Positions 9,846 through 19,483 of a stretch of 64,000 bases of DNA are shown piece after piece (positions within the stretch are counted from its first letter, which is position 1; every line of letters begins with the position of its first letter). Source of the stretch: Bacteroidales bacterium. Its GTDB lineage: Bacteria; Bacteroidota; Bacteroidia; Bacteroidales; VadinHA17. The position numbers and the translations under genes are program-made. Under the pieces are notes generated by a model. The model saw nothing but the letters and a program-made list of their open reading frames with translations, had not been told where the DNA came from and searched no databases. The stretch covers positions 1,526-65,525 of the forward strand of contig JAVEZX010000002.1 in the NCBI GenBank assembly GCA_034002785.1. The letters run 5' to 3'.

Positions 9846-12701
9846 TTAAAACTGCAATTTCATCTCCTCTCCCGCATAGGTGACCGTCCTGTCAGGTGTT
9901 CTTCCGAAATCGAGTTTAACGGGTTTGCCCTTTGAAACCATCACCACATTGATCACACGCTCCGGCAGCATACCCTGGAATCCGCCGCTCCTTGTCCCTA
10001 TTGTAAGGGTAAGTTCATTCTCGCTCCATTTAAGGGGGATGAGTGAATATGCTCCCTCTTCATAGTTGTAGTTGTCTCCCTCGTCCTCATAGAGCGTAAA
10101 GCTGCCGTCTGACCCGGCATAGACCCAGAGGGTAAGTGGATCAGCCTGTTTTTCAGTACTGTATTGAATTTCCGGGCCAAAGGGGATAACTGATCCTTCC
10201 CTGACAAATACCGGCATATAATCATATGGAGCCTCTGCTTCAGTAACAGCGCCTCCGGCGAAGTATATACCGGAACGCATATCATACCATCCGTAGGCAG
10301 CAGGGAGATATACACTGCGCGACCGGGCTTTGTACTCGGTTACCGGGTTTATCATCAGTGACGGCCCGAACATATACTGGTCAGGGATATCGAAGACGGC
10401 CGTATCACCGCTGAAGTCCATCGTGAGGCCACGCATTATTGTGTAGTCATTCAGCCATGCATTACCAGCAAGGGAATATATGTAAGGCATAAGCCTGTAT
10501 CTCAGTTGATTGTATTCAACCATCGTTTTATAGGCAGGATGTCCGGCCGGGGCGGTATTATACATCTCACGGAAGGGGAATTCGCCGTGCGATCTGAACA
10601 GCGGCACGAAGGCGCCATACTGGTGCCAGCGGGTCATCAGCTCGCGCCATTCCTCGAGGTCAGCCGGTGACGGGTTGTGGTATCGGCTCTCAACCGAGAA
10701 TCCTCCGATGTCCATTGTCCACCAGGGTATCCCTGACATCGAGAAGTTCAGACCGCAGGGTATCTGCGCCGCCATATCGTGCCATCTTGCTGCTATATCT
10801 CCACTCCAGTTGGCGGCGGAGTAGCGCTGCAGCCCTCCGAAAGCTGAGCGTGTCAGGATGAAGACCCTGTTCTCCGGATCTGTTGCACGCTGCCCCTCAA
10901 AGACCCCCTGTGCCTGTACCAGGGCATAGGCATTGAAATACCTGTCAGCCGATCCGAGGGCAGTCGGATGCATCATCGCCTTGCGCTCATCCATCGGCAG
11001 GTTGGAGGTTATATCAGGCTCTGTGGCATCCAGCCACCAGGCGTCGATCCCCTTGCTGTAAAGTGCGGTGTTGATCTGTTCCCAGAAGGCTGCGCGGGCA
11101 TCAGCGTTGAATGCATCGTAGAAGGTTGAGAGGTAACCGATCCAGTCTTTACGCTCCTTCTCTACATTACGCATGTAGAGATAACCCTTGCTTTTCATTG
11201 CCTCATAGTTTTCTGTGCCGACATAATACTTGGGCCAGACAGAGATCATTATGTTTGCATTAAGCTCATTATGCAATGTGCTGATCATTGCGTCAGGATC
11301 AGGGAAACGGTCAGGGTCAAACTGGTGGTCACCCCATTTGTCTATGGGCCAGTACTGCCAGTCGAGCACAATGTTGTCAAAGGGTATCTGCCGCTTCCGG
11401 TACTCCCTGACCACATCAAGAAGTTCCTGCTGGTTTGTGTATCGCTGACGGCTCTGCCAGAATCCCATGGCCCATTTCGGCATCACCGGGGCCTTCCCGG
11501 TTACTGTACGATAACCGCTGATAACCTCATCCATGCTCTCGCCGCTGATGAAGTAATAGTCAATCTGGTCAGCCACTTCGGACCAGAATGAGATGCGCTG
11601 CTGTTCTTCCTCATCCAGAGGGGTAAGATACCTGAGTGCTATATATGACTCGCCTCCGTCAGGGATCCATTCGATCTTCACAGGGTAGCGTCTGCCTGGC
11701 TCAAGGTTAAGGTTGAAATAGTTTGTGGAGGCGTTCCAGCACTGTCTCCAGCGGTCGAAGATCAGCCTGCCGTCAATCCACAGCTTTGCATACCCTGCCG
11801 AATTGAACATGAACTTATGCTCCCCTGAGGTATCTGATTCAAACTCCCCCTCCCAGGTGACCATGCCGTCACCCAGGCTGAAGCCCTGCGGAAATTTCAC
11901 CAGGTCAGGAATGAACTGGTAACTGATCTCCTTCTCCTGGCGGGTGGTAAAAATATTCCTGCCGCTCTTCCTGTCGGCATACACAGCCGTCAGGCCACCT
12001 TCCGCCCCGCCCCTGTCATAGAGCTTCAGTGCCGACAGTTCGCTCCACTCCCGGATATCGCCATATTTTGTATGTGAGTTGTTATCCCAGAGGATTCCGA
12101 AGTTCCGGTTTGAGATGATGAAAGGTACCACCGCCATGGTGTTATATTGGAAAAGATCGGCGTCCTTTCCCTTCAGGTTCATGAAGGAGGTCTGGTTTGC
12201 TCCCAGACCATAGATGGCCTCGTCAGGATGCGACTCAAACTGTTGCCTGACTGGGTGGCCGTTCTCGTTGATTGCCATGACAGGTGAGAAGCCTCTTCCT
12301 CCTCCTTCCTGTTCAGCAAGAAAGAGGTTTCCGTCTCGGTCAGTGAACCGGACTTCACCGGTTTTCAGGAATACTTCTGCGCTGAGCGAAGAGGTGCTCA
12401 GGGTGATGAGACCCTCTCCCTTTTCGATTGTAAAATCGGATTTGCCGGAAGGCATAGGAAGAGCCATCAGACTCACCGATTCCGGAAATTCACCGGAGGG
12501 TACAGCCGTGACCCTGATGATCCGGTCATTGACAACCTGAAGTCTCACGGCCTGACCCGGATAATCAGATTTGCCGTTGAGACGGACTGTCATTCCATTG
12601 TCAGTCCGCTCGTAGGGTTCGCCTGAACAGGAGACCATCGCAATGGCGATTATGAGGGCAGCTGAAGCGCCGATTGCCGGTAGTATTCGTGCAAGTTTCA
12701 T
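9846..12701 (-). CDS. GH31 glycoside hydrolase with inserted PA14 domain (alpha-xylosidase-like; alpha-glucosidase/galactosidase not excluded), lipoprotein
   Basis: Lipobox (MVSC). GH31 nucleophile motif KGIDAWWLDATEPD. Acid/base region NWSGDIAARW. The PA14-like insert reads GLTAVYADR...GEHKFMFNSAGYAKLWIDGRLIFDRW. Confidence 0.8.
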   Translation of the reverse strand: MKLARILPAIGASAALIIAIAMVSCSGEPYERTDNGMTVRLNGKSDYPGQAVRLQVVNDRIIRVTAVPSGEFPESVSLMALPMPSGKSDFTIEKGEGLITLSTSSLSAEVFLKTGEVRFTDRDGNLFLAEQEGGGRGFSPVMAINENGHPVRQQFESHPDEAIYGLGANQTSFMNLKGKDADLFQYNTMAVVPFIISNRNFGILWDNNSHTKYGDIREWSELSALKLYDRGGAEGGLTAVYADRKSGRNIFTTRQEKEISYQFIPDLVKFPQGFSLGDGMVTWEGEFESDTSGEHKFMFNSAGYAKLWIDGRLIFDRWRQCWNASTNYFNLNLEPGRRYPVKIEWIPDGGESYIALRYLTPLDEEEQQRISFWSEVADQIDYYFISGESMDEVISGYRTVTGKAPVMPKWAMGFWQSRQRYTNQQELLDVVREYRKRQIPFDNIVLDWQYWPIDKWGDHQFDPDRFPDPDAMISTLHNELNANIMISVWPKYYVGTENYEAMKSKGYLYMRNVEKERKDWIGYLSTFYDAFNADARAAFWEQINTALYSKGIDAWWLDATEPDITSNLPMDERKAMMHPTALGSADRYFNAYALVQAQGVFEGQRATDPENRVFILTRSAFGGLQRYSAANWSGDIAARWHDMAAQIPCGLNFSMSGIPWWTMDIGGFSVESRYHNPSPADLEEWRELMTRWHQYGAFVPLFRSHGEFPFREMYNTAPAGHPAYKTMVEYNQLRYRLMPYIYSLAGNAWLNDYTIMRGLTMDFSGDTAVFDIPDQYMFGPSLMINPVTEYKARSRSVYLPAAYGWYDMRSGIYFAGGAVTEAEAPYDYMPVFVREGSVIPFGPEIQYSTEKQADPLTLWVYAGSDGSFTLYEDEGDNYNYEEGAYSLIPLKWSENELTLTIGTRSGGFQGMLPERVINVVMVSKGKPVKLDFGRTPDRTVTYAGEEMKLQF

Positions 12702-12704
12702 CTG

Positions 12705-15700
12705 TCAGTGTTTTTTGATTATTAATTTTTTTGTCACCATGTAACTTTCGCCGGAAAAGTTAATGAAATAAATCCCCGGTTCAAAACCTGTAATGAGAGG
12801 GATGTCTGATCCGTCACTCACCAGTTCATTTCTAAGGAGGATGGCTCCCCGGATATCACTTACGGCGATACGTACAACACCGGATGGGATGTTCTCAACG
12901 GTAATGTTTCCGTCCGAGGGATTGGGCCGGATAGATATGCCGTCATCTGTCGCAATCAGTTCCGAGGAGGTTATCTCATTGTTAATTGCCAGTTGCTTCG
13001 TCCCCGGTTCGACCAGGATGTACAGTGCCGAGAGGGGCGGAAGTATTACCTTCATCTCTTCACCAATGACAACCGCACTGGCTTTGAGGGTCTCATAATC
13101 AGCCGGTCCGCCTGCCTCCAGGCTGTTGCCGGCGCCATTGACGAAAACCTTCCGGGAGAAATCACTGCCTTCACTTCCTGTCAGCGTGTATGTATAGAAC
13201 CGTTCTCCCACACCGTAATCCTTCAGGTTGATTCTCACCACCTTGCGGACCTTTGTGGTGTTCACAAGCGAGGCACCGATATGCCCGGAGCTGAAGGCTG
13301 TGGAAGTGATTACCACTCCCGGGGCACCGGTGACGGTTGATTTAAGCAGTACATCTCCGGTGTGGCGGCGCATATAGTAGAGATGGTAGAATGCCGGGTG
13401 CGGTTCGTACTTTGGTATGCCTGGTTCGTTATAGGCATACATACCGTGATCATTACCGTTATCCCAGCCATTTGCGAGGTCCCAGCGGCAGGCGGCGCCG
13501 TAGCCTGACCTGATCATCTCGCCCGTTGCCAGCACAGCCTGCATGCCGTTGGCGTGAGAGACTGCCTGGCTGGAGCCTGTGGCGAAGATATTGTACTCAG
13601 TCAGTGCCACCGGCAGCATCGGCATTCCGGCAGCCTCAACGGTTGACCGGACATAGTTCCTGTACCCTTCAGTATAGCTGTAGGAGCCCAGCACCGTTGC
13701 CACATCCGAGTTAGTGTTATAGGGTGTATAGTAGCTGTGAACCACGTAGAAGTCGGCAATATCACCGACCTGAGCCGCCACCCCTGTATTCCACGAATTG
13801 TGGGTAGAGGCTGCCTCCACCATTACCACTCCTATCTTTATTTCCTTGCCGGTCTCAGCAGCGGCAGCCTTCATCGAGTCAATGAAGACACGGCAGTGCT
13901 GACCGTAGAGCTGAGGCGTGATATATTCCGGCTGGCCGTCCTTATTCAGGGACCGGTCAATGCGGTATCCTGCCTCCCAGCTGCCGAAGACCTCGTTGCC
14001 TATCTCCCAGAATTTCGTCCTGCCGTTGTCATAGCGCACCCAATCTGCTGCCAGGTGTGCTGCCTGAGCCACAGGGTTGTCACTCGTGCCATATCTGGCA
14101 TAACCATAGTTTACTGTTATCATGCCTGTGAGGCTGGTCTTGCTGAGTATGCTGTAGAAGGAATCTACATGCATCGTCCAGTCCTCCGGTCTCTGCCCGT
14201 ACCAGGGCCACCAGGTGTTTGAGGGATCGTTGAGCAGTGTTTGCGGCACATCCTGAGGGCGCTGATTGGTCGCCTTGTTCCAGAAAAAGGCGTCGGATGT
14301 GCTGCCCCCGGGACCGCGCATCAGACCCTGATCACGATTGGAAATATGCTTCATCAGGGCGGCATTGTCAGACATCGGTCCTGTCCAGAGATTGGCATTG
14401 TCACCAAACAGGTAGGGTGACACTTTTGTGATTGTGTCGGAAAAGTCAATTGTAGCGGCAACTGTTACCGGATCTGTCACTGCAGGCACATCGGTATAGT
14501 CAGGCACAATGGCTGTGCGGGGCTTCCATCCGGCCATGAAGAATCCCTGGGGATATGCGCTGTAGTCAGGCTCGTCGCTAAGGGGATAGCTCTTCAGATC
14601 AGGCATCTCATCGAGGGTAACCACATAGTCATGGGCCATCACCTTCTGCCAGTGACTGAGCGGGTTCTTGATACCGTCACGGATAAAGGAGCCGTACCAG
14701 GGCATGAACCACGACCAGTATGCTCTGTCATCCACAAGCCTGTCAGGGTCAGGAACAGGTCCGTTCTCACTGAGGGTGATCAGCTTTCTGCCACCGAACT
14801 TTTCCTTGATCGAATTATAGGTAAGCACCTGTGAGCTGAAGTCGCCGTCCGCTGCGTAGATGTCAGCGCCCAGAATATCAACATAATCATCTCCGGGATA
14901 CCAGTCGAGGTTATTGGCCGCGGCATCGGTGGTCCAGACCCAGATCAGGTTCTTAAGACCGTGATAGTTGACAAGGCGGTCAAACATGAGCCGCCAGAGC
15001 GCCTTGCAGGGTTCGGGACCTTTTGCTCCCCACCAGAACCAGCCTCCGGAAGCTTCATGAAGAGGCCTGAAAAGGACAGGGATGTTTTCATTGTTCAGCT
15101 GTTTCAGATAACCGGCAATGATGTCAATATCACTCAGCATGGCCTGGTATTCAACCGAGGTGGTCTCGTAGATCTTCGTGACGTCAAACTGAGTATCTGC
15201 CGTGTAAAATGCCTCCGTGGCACGTGACGGATCGCGCCAGTGCCAGCAGATGGCTACCAGGCCGTTCCTGTTGTACCAGTTTCTTGCCTCGGTGACCAGG
15301 ACTGACTTGTCAAACCAGCTGTAATTGCGGTTATGGTTCATGAAGTCGAGACCGATGAGTGCCGGGTATTTGCCGGTCTGGGAGAAAAGCCATTCAGCCT
15401 CCTCCTTTGCATTGAGGCTCATGGCACCCGAGTGTGTTTTCCTGGTGAAACTATCCATGAGATAGCTCCAGAGCCGCCTAGTCTCACTGTGAGGTGAAGG
15501 GGATGCCAGGGGATATGGCAGTTGCACGGTCACTTCAGGATCGGTATCGGGCTCTATACGGAAATAATCGAACAGGAACCATCCCCAGCTCTTGGTCATT
15601 GAGAGGGTATTGATGCCCTCCTTCAACCATATCTTTCCGAAAGAGACCTCAGTAAAGGATGCGCTGGCGGGGAATGAGGCCTCGGAGCTGTTGCCGTTGA

Positions 15701-15983
15701 TCCCGACGATGTTCTTCTTGTCCCCGTACGGGGCGGCATACCCCAGGTAGAGTTTATACCAGCCTCCCTGAGCGAGTGTTATGGCAACGGATACTGCATC
15801 TCCGTCATTCTGAAATATTCCTGCGTAACCTGTTCCGGAATAGCCGGCGACGGTATTCAGAACTGAAATTCCCCCTGTTAAGGTGCCGTTCTCGGCCTCA
15901 TATGCAGTGCTTTGTGCATAAACTGCAACAGTGAGTGACAGAAGCAACGCCGGGTATAGCAACAATCTGAAAGTTAATCTCAT
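12705..15983 (-). CDS. Secreted multidomain enzyme: CBM6/35-like module + GH26 mannanase + second unassigned clan GH-A-like (beta/alpha)8 domain + T9SS C-terminal sorting domain
   Basis: Signal peptide (aa 1-23). CBM-like aa ~25-145 (AYEAENGTL...GYSGTGYAG...DYFRIEP). GH26 aa ~160-455 (CWHWRDP, FRPLHEASGGWFWWG, ITLSENG). Domain X aa ~505-995 (MRGPGGSTSDAFFWN, KFWEIGNEVFGSWE with Glu664 at 13992-13994, VALTEYNIF with Glu796). Por_Secre_tail-like end aa ~1012-1092 (IRPNPSDGNITVE...GIYFINF...KKLIIKKH). Confidence 0.8.
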   Translation of the reverse strand: MRLTFRLLLYPALLLSLTVAVYAQSTAYEAENGTLTGGISVLNTVAGYSGTGYAGIFQNDGDAVSVAITLAQGGWYKLYLGYAAPYGDKKNIVGINGNSSEASFPASASFTEVSFGKIWLKEGINTLSMTKSWGWFLFDYFRIEPDTDPEVTVQLPYPLASPSPHSETRRLWSYLMDSFTRKTHSGAMSLNAKEEAEWLFSQTGKYPALIGLDFMNHNRNYSWFDKSVLVTEARNWYNRNGLVAICWHWRDPSRATEAFYTADTQFDVTKIYETTSVEYQAMLSDIDIIAGYLKQLNNENIPVLFRPLHEASGGWFWWGAKGPEPCKALWRLMFDRLVNYHGLKNLIWVWTTDAAANNLDWYPGDDYVDILGADIYAADGDFSSQVLTYNSIKEKFGGRKLITLSENGPVPDPDRLVDDRAYWSWFMPWYGSFIRDGIKNPLSHWQKVMAHDYVVTLDEMPDLKSYPLSDEPDYSAYPQGFFMAGWKPRTAIVPDYTDVPAVTDPVTVAATIDFSDTITKVSPYLFGDNANLWTGPMSDNAALMKHISNRDQGLMRGPGGSTSDAFFWNKATNQRPQDVPQTLLNDPSNTWWPWYGQRPEDWTMHVDSFYSILSKTSLTGMITVNYGYARYGTSDNPVAQAAHLAADWVRYDNGRTKFWEIGNEVFGSWEAGYRIDRSLNKDGQPEYITPQLYGQHCRVFIDSMKAAAAETGKEIKIGVVMVEAASTHNSWNTGVAAQVGDIADFYVVHSYYTPYNTNSDVATVLGSYSYTEGYRNYVRSTVEAAGMPMLPVALTEYNIFATGSSQAVSHANGMQAVLATGEMIRSGYGAACRWDLANGWDNGNDHGMYAYNEPGIPKYEPHPAFYHLYYMRRHTGDVLLKSTVTGAPGVVITSTAFSSGHIGASLVNTTKVRKVVRINLKDYGVGERFYTYTLTGSEGSDFSRKVFVNGAGNSLEAGGPADYETLKASAVVIGEEMKVILPPLSALYILVEPGTKQLAINNEITSSELIATDDGISIRPNPSDGNITVENIPSGVVRIAVSDIRGAILLRNELVSDGSDIPLITGFEPGIYFINFSGESYMVTKKLIIKKH

Positions 15984-16016
15984 ACTAAATTATAAGCTTC
16001 TCTTTTAAAAAATGCA

Positions 16017-16057
16017 AAGGGTATCTCAATTTAGTGATAAAATCCGAGATACCCCTT
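16017..16057 (-). terminator. Intra-locus hairpin plus T-run between the surface-protein genes and the enzyme genes (attenuator/terminator candidate)
   Basis: On the minus strand this reads AAGGGGTATCTC-(18-nt loop)-GAGATACCCTT, followed by TGCATTTTTT. It sits in the 109-nt gap between the stop at 16093 and the next ATG at 15983. Confidence 0.4.
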
Positions 16058-16092
16058 GCGCTGAATTAAATGGATAACCTAATCAATCTCCA

Positions 16093-18225
16093 TCATTTAT
16101 GCTCAAATCTGATGTTGTCAATGTAAAGACCTGTGAGGTCCATGTTCACTCCGGTCCAGAGGGTCATACCCCAGTCGCCGCTGGAAGGAATTACTGCCGG
16201 CAGTGCCGAATAGGTGGCCAGGTCGATGGTGATCGTGATCCATCCCGGTGTTGACCAGCTGCCGTCATCATTCTGAAGACCAAGATGTCCGATATCGAAA
16301 TCCGTTCCTGCCAGCTTCATAGTAAACGACCCTGTGCCGGGAGCAAACGGTTTGGTAATATTAACGTCCATCTTCAGGTAGTGGTCTGCCTTTGTCACGG
16401 AAGGCTTTGGAAGTTGGCTATGGTTGCAACCCCAGATCCAGGTCCAACCGTTAAGTGCAGGAAGGACGCCATGCATATAATTGCCTGATATTGCTATTGA
16501 AGGATCGCTGCCAAGTTCCACTGCACCACTCCAATTATCCCAGTTGAGATCATGACCGTCAAGTCCAACCTCGAAGTCGTTGATCATCAGTGCAGGATCC
16601 ACTATCGGGTCTGTAGCGCCGAAGAAGATCTGCGGGAAGATACCCTGTTCACCTTCATATGTCAGGAGTCCGATTGTACCGTATCCACGCGTAACGTTCA
16701 CCGGTACATAAACTTCAATCCTGGTATCGGTCTTGACGCCATAGGCTGTGGCAGGTACATTTCCGGGGAAGATTAGTTCCTTGACAAGCAGCAGGTTGGT
16801 GCCGTTGATTGTAAGAATCTTGCCGGGCTCACCGCGGAACTCGGTGTAAGAACCAAAGGTCGGAAGGTTTGCCAGAAGTGTAAAGTCAATGGCAGATACC
16901 ACCTGTGTGCCGTTTTTGGTTGTAAGGGTTATCTTGCCTGATTTGGCCCCCACAGGCACAGTCACTGCAAGCGAGGTCTCCGTTCTTGTCCCTATGGTGC
17001 CGTCGATGCCTCCCGTGAAGGTTACTTTGGTTACAAGATCAAGATCAGTACCTGAAATTGTGACAGTGGTTCCTGCCCTGGAGGAAGTGGGGCTGAATGA
17101 GGAGAAGGCAGGGACTATCATTGTCAGATTTGGACCTGTAATCTCTTTGTCTGCTCTTGTGAAGAAGCTCACAACACCGTCAACGGCGTCATCCGGAACA
17201 GTTACCAGTATCTCGGTGGCGGTTCCGCCGGCCTTGATCGTACCCTGCTTGTTCCCGCCGAAGACAACACGTGAAATCAGGTCAAGGTTAGTTCCCGTGA
17301 CGGTTATATCCTCTCCGTTCTTCAGTGTCACCGGGGTAACTGCAACCGTGGGGATAACCATAACCAGATCATTTGCAGAGGTCACCTCGACTCCTGAAGC
17401 CGGCACCATGATAACCTTGCCGTCCTTTGTGTCCTCAGGCACGGAGATTACAATCTGGGTGGCATTGTGGGAGCCGAAATCTTCGGCATCGATTTCCTTT
17501 CCTCCTCCAAGTTTGACACTGAGCACCAGGTCAAGGTTGGTTCCGGCAATCGTCAGGTTTGTACCGGCCTTGACAGGATTCGGTGTCACTGAGGTGAAAG
17601 CAGGCAACGTCACGTTGAGTGTTGCGGCTGAGTATACTATAATCGGCTCCTCCTCTCCGTTGGAAACTGCTATCTTGCCTGTCTGTGCCGTTGCAGGCAC
17701 CTCCAGCTTGATTTCGGTACGTGTGTGACTCGTGAAATCATCCTCAGAGACCACAATACGGTCGGAGAGTATTACCTCACCGACAAGATTGAGATAGTCA
17801 CCTGTTATTGTCAGCACATCTCCTGCCTTTACTGTTGCAGGGGTGAAACTTGCAATCGAAATGGGCTCCGAGAAGCCGATTGTGGTCTTGGTGGTTATGT
17901 CGCCGTCAGGTGTCTTAAGGGTCACATAGCCCGGCATTGCCTCCTGTGGAACAGTGAGGGTCAGCAGGGTGGGCTCCTTCTTTGTGAAGGCGGTGATTGT
18001 GATGTCATTTGGCAACACCACGGAGGTTACCTTGTCAAGATTCAGCCCGATGAATTTCAGTTCGGCTCCCCTGGCAATAGGCATTGGCCCGAAGCTCTGG
18101 AGAACCACCTTGGTATCTTCCTCTTCCTTGCCCTCGCATGAGGTGACAAGGAGACCGGCGCTGACAACGCAGAGTGTCGCGATGAGCAGAGCCCAGTTGT
18201 GGAATTTTATCTGAATTTTATGCAT
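16093..18225 (-). CDS. Surface glycan-binding-type lipoprotein with ~6 tandem IPT/TIG domains and a C-terminal beta-sandwich (CBM-like) domain
   Basis: I chose the start at MHKIQIKFHNWALLIATLCVVSAGLLVTSC (lipobox; ATG at 18225..18223, 23 nt after the upstream stop) rather than the track's 18297. There are repeated ~80-aa units with the signature P..VKAG..LTI.GTNLDLV..V. The position immediately downstream of susD is typical of SGBPs. Confidence 0.8.
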   Translation of the reverse strand: MHKIQIKFHNWALLIATLCVVSAGLLVTSCEGKEEEDTKVVLQSFGPMPIARGAELKFIGLNLDKVTSVVLPNDITITAFTKKEPTLLTLTVPQEAMPGYVTLKTPDGDITTKTTIGFSEPISIASFTPATVKAGDVLTITGDYLNLVGEVILSDRIVVSEDDFTSHTRTEIKLEVPATAQTGKIAVSNGEEEPIIVYSAATLNVTLPAFTSVTPNPVKAGTNLTIAGTNLDLVLSVKLGGGKEIDAEDFGSHNATQIVISVPEDTKDGKVIMVPASGVEVTSANDLVMVIPTVAVTPVTLKNGEDITVTGTNLDLISRVVFGGNKQGTIKAGGTATEILVTVPDDAVDGVVSFFTRADKEITGPNLTMIVPAFSSFSPTSSRAGTTVTISGTDLDLVTKVTFTGGIDGTIGTRTETSLAVTVPVGAKSGKITLTTKNGTQVVSAIDFTLLANLPTFGSYTEFRGEPGKILTINGTNLLLVKELIFPGNVPATAYGVKTDTRIEVYVPVNVTRGYGTIGLLTYEGEQGIFPQIFFGATDPIVDPALMINDFEVGLDGHDLNWDNWSGAVELGSDPSIAISGNYMHGVLPALNGWTWIWGCNHSQLPKPSVTKADHYLKMDVNITKPFAPGTGSFTMKLAGTDFDIGHLGLQNDDGSWSTPGWITITIDLATYSALPAVIPSSGDWGMTLWTGVNMDLTGLYIDNIRFEHK

Positions 18226-18248
18226 TGCAATTCTTTTTTCAGTTGATA

Positions 18249-19478
18249 TTACTTCGGTACAACGCGTATGTTGTCTATGCATATGTGCGGGGTGCATTCC
18301 TTACCATCCACACCACCATGCCATACAAGGAAAGTAAGGCCGCGAATCATGTCAGCAGTGAGCTTGTCGGAGTGAACCGAGCCGTCAGGGCCGTAGTTGA
18401 ATTCTGACAGTGGGTATGAGACGGTTGTCCACCCGTTGGTCTTGTAGGTTCCGGTCTCCTTCCACGGGATCCAGAGACCTCTTGGCAAGGGGACATCAGC
18501 AATGTAGCTGTTTGCTCCCGTGATGGAGTATGGGGTGAAGATCATCTGCAGTGCACCTGACTCCCATGCTTCAACCACGTTAACTTCAAACTTGATCTCG
18601 CCGTCTTTCAGTTCACCGGTATATACCGGTACATCGGGCCTGCCGTTTGCCTGTGGCCAGTAATTGAAGCTGACGCCGTCCTCATTCCATACACTGCCTG
18701 CTTTAGCGGGCAGTGTGCCGGAAAAACGGACATAATTACCGGAAATGCCAGCAGGGTTGGAATTTCCTATCACTCCCGAACGCCATCCTCCTGCAGCGGT
18801 CAGATCATCAAAGTTGAGGATGATGTTCCTGTCATCGCGGAAGAAGAAGCGTGAACGGGTGGTACCGTAAAGCGACTTGACCTGTATCTGACCCGGACCT
18901 ACACCCGGAGGAACTGTCACATGAATCTCGTTTATTGTGAAGTTCACGATCGTTCCGGGTATGTTCCCCGGAAACAGTACAGTCAGCGGTGATGCAGGGT
19001 CATCAACGAAGTAGTTACCCCTGATTACAGCCGTACCACCGTCTTCAACATACTCGCACACCATCCTGTCAACCAGCGGAGCAGGAACGTCTACCCCGAA
19101 AGTATATTTCAGAGTATCCTTCTTGTTCATGTTGATAAGGTACAGGTAGTTGGTAACAGTGGCCGGGATAACCTCCGGCACGGAGACCAGGATGGATGTC
19201 GCAGTCACCAGGTTGGGATTCAGCGCAGCCCTCTGATCATTGAACCAGACCTCATCGACAAAACCCAGGTTTTTCCCTATGATGGCGATGTTGTCTCCCA
19301 TAAAGGCATGAGCCACCAGTGAGTCAGATTTGACAGGATCTGTCTTGCGGATGTAGAAGATCTCAGGCATCAGCATCTCTTCCTCATTGCCTTCGCATGC
19401 CTGGAATAACATTCCTGCAGCTCCCGTAACAAGCAGAAGCAGGAATGCCGATAATGTATTGTTGATTATCTTTTTCAT
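18249..19478 (-). CDS. Surface glycan-binding-type lipoprotein (2 IPT/TIG domains + C-terminal CBM-like domain)
   Basis: Lipobox (MLFQAC). IPT-like segments are present (IAIIGKNLGFVDEVWF; AVIRGNYF...VTVPPGVGPGQIQV). The C-terminal domain shares ISGNY and IDNIR motifs with the downstream paralogue. Confidence 0.75.
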   Translation of the reverse strand: MKKIINNTLSAFLLLLVTGAAGMLFQACEGNEEEMLMPEIFYIRKTDPVKSDSLVAHAFMGDNIAIIGKNLGFVDEVWFNDQRAALNPNLVTATSILVSVPEVIPATVTNYLYLINMNKKDTLKYTFGVDVPAPLVDRMVCEYVEDGGTAVIRGNYFVDDPASPLTVLFPGNIPGTIVNFTINEIHVTVPPGVGPGQIQVKSLYGTTRSRFFFRDDRNIILNFDDLTAAGGWRSGVIGNSNPAGISGNYVRFSGTLPAKAGSVWNEDGVSFNYWPQANGRPDVPVYTGELKDGEIKFEVNVVEAWESGALQMIFTPYSITGANSYIADVPLPRGLWIPWKETGTYKTNGWTTVSYPLSEFNYGPDGSVHSDKLTADMIRGLTFLVWHGGVDGKECTPHICIDNIRVVPK

Positions 19479-19483
19479 ATCAT

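Noticed and set aside
18226-18297. 24-codon N-terminal extension of the IPT/TIG protein (track start MHPAHMHRQH...)
   Set aside because: The extension overlaps the upstream gene's 3' end and is not signal-like. The internal Met at 18225 gives a proper lipoprotein signal 23 nt after the upstream stop.
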